Source: Callorhinchus milii (lineage: Eukaryota). From it: 64,000 nucleotides of DNA. The DNA is taken from NCBI RefSeq assembly GCF_018977255.1, contig NW_024704742.1:81532001-81596000 (forward strand), in the 5' to 3' direction. Every line of letters begins with the position of its first letter. Within the stretch, counting starts at the first letter, position 1. Positions 60,774 to 64,000 of this stretch are shown here, in pieces. The notes beneath the pieces were generated by a model. That model made no database searches and was not told the origin of the DNA. It saw nothing but the letters and a program-made list of their open reading frames with translations. The position numbers and the translations under genes were made by a program.

Positions 60774-62773
60774 CTTAAGAACATAAGAACATAGGAATTA
60801 GGAGCAGGAGTAGGCCATTTGGCCCCTCGAGCCTGCCCCGCCATTTGATAAGATCATGGCTGATCTTCAGACCTAACTCTAATTACCTGTCCTATATCCC
60901 ATATCCCTTAATCCCTCTATTTTTAAAAAAATTATCAGTCTCAGTCTTGAAGATGTTCAAGGACTGAGCATCTACAGCCTTCTGGGGTAGTGAATTCCAT
61001 AAATTCACTACCTTCTGAGTGAAGAAATGTTTCCTCAAGTCTGTTCTAAAAGGCTGACCCTTAATTTTAAGACTGTGACCCCTGGTTATAGATTCTCCTA
61101 CCAGGGGAAACAGACCCTCAGTGTATACTTTATCCAGCCCTTTAAGAATCTTATATGTATCTTATACGATCTCCCCTAATTCTTCTGTACTCTAGAGAAT
61201 ACAACCCTAGTTTATTCAGCCTATCCTCACAGGTCAGTCCCCTCATCCCAGGAACTAACCAAGTGAATCTACGCTGCACCCCCTCTAGGGCAAGTATATC
61301 CTTTTTCAAATAAGGAGACCAAAAGTGCACACAATACTCTAGGTGCGGTCTCACCAAGGCCCTATACAGTTGCAGCAAGACTTCCCTACTCTTGTACTCT
61401 AAACCTTTTGCAATGAATGCTAACATGCCGTTCGTCTTCTTAGTTGCTTGCTGCACCTGCAAACTAACTTTTTGAGACTGGTGTACAAGGACACCCAAAT
61501 CCCTCTGCACACTAACACTATCTAATCTTTCCCCCTCTAGAAAATAATCTGTTTTTCTATTTTTGCTACCTAGGTGAATAACTTCACACTTCCCCACATT
61601 AAATTCCATCTGCCACCTACTCGCCCACTCCCCTAACCTATCTATATCCCGTTGCAATCTTTTTGCATCATCCTCAGAGCTTACTCTCCCACCTAGTTTA
61701 GTGTCATCCGCGAATTTAGATACGTTACATTCAATGTCCTCGTCTAGATCATTGATGTAAATTGTAAATAGCTGAGGCCCAAGCACTGATCCTTGTGGCA
61801 CTCCACTAGTCACATCCTGCCAATTCGAGAATGACCCGTTTATCCCTACTCTCTGTTTTCTACCCGTTAGCCACTCTTCAATCCATGCTAATATGTTCCC
61901 ATTAATCCCGTGGGCCTTAACCTTGTGCAATAGCCTTTTGTGTGGCACTTTGTCAAATGCCTTTTTAAAATCTAAATATACTACATCTACTGGTTCCCCC
62001 CTATCTAACCTGCTAGATACATCTTCAAAAAACTCTAAAAGATTAGTTAAGCATGACTTCCCTTTTGTAAAGCCATGTTGACTCTGCCTAATCTTGTTAT
62101 GGTCTTCCAGGAATCCCATAATGACATCTTTAATTAAGGACTCAAGAATTTTCCCTACCACTGATGTCAGACTAACTGGTCTATAGTTCCCCATCTTTTC
62201 TCTCCCACCCTTCTTAAATAGTGGTGTCACGTTTGCAATCTTCCAATCAATGGGAACCGTTCCAGAATCCAGAGAATTTTGGAAGATCAAAGACAAGCCA
62301 TCCACTATCTCAGTAGCCACCTCTTTTAAAACCCTAGGATGTAGGCCATCAGGTCCAGGAGATTTATCAGTTTTAAGACCTGATAATTTACCTAAAATAA
62401 TTTCTTTACTAATATTAATTCCTCCAAGTTGCTCGCTAACATTTTCTTCTTGGTTCCCCTCTATTCTTGGTAGGTTTTCAGTGTCTTCTAAGGTGAAGAC
62501 AGTAACAAAGTACTTGTTTAATGACTCTGCCATGTCTTTGTCCCCTACTATAATTCCCCCCGTCTCTGCCTGTAGAGGACCCACATTTACCCTTGACAGC
62601 CTCTTCCTCTTTATATATTTATAAAAACCTTTGTAGTCTGTCTTTATGTTCCTCGCTAGTTTGCTCTCATATTCCATTTTCTCCCTCTTAATCACTTTTT
62701 TGGTTCTCCTTTGTTGATCCCTAAACTTCTCCCAATCCTCGGGTTTACTACTCATCTTAGCTGTTTTATAGGC
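60774..62773 (-). mobile_element. Young 5'-truncated CR1 LINE with intact 3' end
   Basis: Complete RT domain, 3' UTR and terminal octamer repeat (ATGTTCTT)2 on the minus strand near 60776-60793. No APE endonuclease domain. Confidence 0.95.
61151..62755 (-). CDS. CR1 ORF2 reverse transcriptase region, 534-aa open frame (5'-truncated, frameshift near C-terminus)
   Basis: NYRPVSLTS, QHGF, YLDFKKAFDKV, GVPQGSVLGP, SKFADDTKL, LVRPHLEYC. The frame shifts at GDRIRYI, where GDLIETYKIL is expected. Confidence 0.85.
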   Translation of the reverse strand: MSSKPEDWEKFRDQQRRTKKVIKREKMEYESKLARNIKTDYKGFYKYIKRKRLSRVNVGPLQAETGGIIVGDKDMAESLNKYFVTVFTLEDTENLPRIEGNQEENVSEQLGGINISKEIILGKLSGLKTDKSPGPDGLHPRVLKEVATEIVDGLSLIFQNSLDSGTVPIDWKIANVTPLFKKGGREKMGNYRPVSLTSVVGKILESLIKDVIMGFLEDHNKIRQSQHGFTKGKSCLTNLLEFFEDVSSRLDRGEPVDVVYLDFKKAFDKVPHKRLLHKVKAHGINGNILAWIEEWLTGRKQRVGINGSFSNWQDVTSGVPQGSVLGPQLFTIYINDLDEDIECNVSKFADDTKLGGRVSSEDDAKRLQRDIDRLGEWASRWQMEFNVGKCEVIHLGSKNRKTDYFLEGERLDSVSVQRDLGVLVHQSQKVSLQVQQATKKTNGMLAFIAKGLEYKSREVLLQLYRALVRPHLEYCVHFWSPYLKKDILALEGVQRRFTWLVPGMRGLTCEDRLNKLGLYSLEYRRIRGDRIRYI

Positions 62774-63736
62774 TCAAGGGAACTAAGATATGTTACGTGT
62801 GTTGGTGTAAGGAGAACAGTTCTCTTACTGAGGAAAAACATAGTAGTAATTATAGTATAGCACATTACTATACACTTGTTTTGTAGATAACAATAGCTTG
62901 GAACTAGACACCATTAAACAGTTGACAACAGGCACATGGAATGCAGCAAGTGTGAATATGACAGAATCACAGAATTTAGTGACTCTGGAGTTAATCGGAT
63001 GTAACTCCACATGGAGCAGACCAAAATAAATATCAGCAGATGGTCTCGTTTACCCTTTCTCTGCCACAGTTTGATCCTAAAATGATTGATATACACAATT
63101 GGTTAAACCCTATTCGATGGGTATGATGGAAAAGGGAATTTTAAAAGGAAGAAAAGAGGTCCCGTCTCTCATGGCTAGGAAAAATGAATCTGAATCATTG
63201 GAAAAAGTAGACTTGTCCTGTTGTTCAAACAGAGGGTATAACTGGATGTGCAGGTGCGATGCCACCCCTGAAAAGACTAATACACCTATTTGTGGGATGA
63301 AATCACAAGGCTCAGAGAGAACCTCTGTGCCCAGTTCAACTCAAGGTAATGAATGGAGAATTCATTAAGACTGCATATCACGAGCATGGGGAATATTGTA
63401 TGTTAACTGATCAGAAACATTTTACTTATGGTAATCTACAATGTGAATTAAATCAAACCCAGCTTTGTGCGAAGATAAGGAGACACTTTGTTATTGCTAA
63501 TAATAATAATAATCCTTGCATTTGATATAGCGCTTTTCACGTTGGGAGAACGTCCCAAAGCACTTCACAGAACACACTGTAAAGTGAATTGACTGAATAT
63601 TTGTGGGCGAACGCGGCAGCCAATTGCGCACAATCATGGTTTGGACCCACTAATGATATATAATGGAACTCATGTAATTAATACTGTTGACCGTGAGAAA
63701 CCTGATGATTATGTACCCAATTTTGAAATGCACATT
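62774..63736 (+). pseudogene. env: Second copy of the proviral env fragment, including the same SINE insertion (63499-63632)
   Basis: Near-identical to 28637-29599 at a constant offset of 34137 bp; the ORF track shows the same 89-aa peptide at 28962 and 63099. Confidence 0.93.
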
Positions 63737-64000
63737 TGTCACGTCTGCAATCTTCCAATCAATGGGAATTGTTCCGGAATCCAGAGGACTTTGGAAGATC
63801 AAAGACAAGCCATCCACTATCTCAGTAGCCACCTCTTTTAAAACCCTAGGATGTAGGCCATCAGGTCCAGGAGATTTATTAGTTTTAAGACCTGACAATT
63901 TACCTAAAACCATTTCTTTACTAATATTAATTCCCCCAAGTTGCTCGCGAACAATTTTTTTCTTTTTTCTTGGTTCCCTTCTATTCTCGATAGGTTTTCA
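63737..64000 (-). mobile_element. CR1 ORF2 fragment running off the window end
   Basis: KSPGPDGLHPRVLKEVATEIVDGLSLIFQ...DWKIADVT; paralogous to ~62225-62480. Confidence 0.9.

Noticed and set aside
61151..62755. Autonomous active or domesticated RT gene
   Set aside because: 5'-truncated with no endonuclease or ORF1, and frameshifted near the C-terminus. The open frame reflects young age.
1..64000. CRISPR arrays, operons, rRNA or prokaryotic defence systems
   Set aside because: No regularly spaced repeat-spacer arrays or gene-dense structure; the sequence is vertebrate repeat-rich DNA.

Overview
This is eukaryotic, repeat-dense, non-genic DNA. The repeat content suggests a cartilaginous fish (inference): CR1 and L2 LINEs, tRNA-headed SINEs with Deu-type bodies, and a palindromic repeat typical of shark genomes. 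I recognise no host protein-coding gene; almost all ORF-track entries are sense or antisense readings of repeats. The main feature is a decayed endogenous LTR retrovirus at ~24585-30920 (+). It has two LTRs, a coiled-coil gag with a CCHC knuckle, a protease, a pol with the RT core and integrase deleted, and a Cys-rich env with a heptad and TM region but no gamma-type CX6CC motif. This fits a lokiretrovirus-like element with an F-protein-like env (inference). A ~1.64 kb CR1+env+SINE block from this provirus recurs 34 kb downstream at ~98.5% identity by eye. There it is fused to a young CR1 with an open 534-aa RT frame and intact tail, suggesting LINE-mediated mobilisation of viral env sequence. 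Also present: nested insertions, inverted SINE pairs, a possible decayed Harbinger Myb/SANT ORF, and a dense NF-kB/AP-1/CRE/ETS motif cluster at ~46.9-47.1 kb. Repeat boundaries and identities are by eye and approximate.
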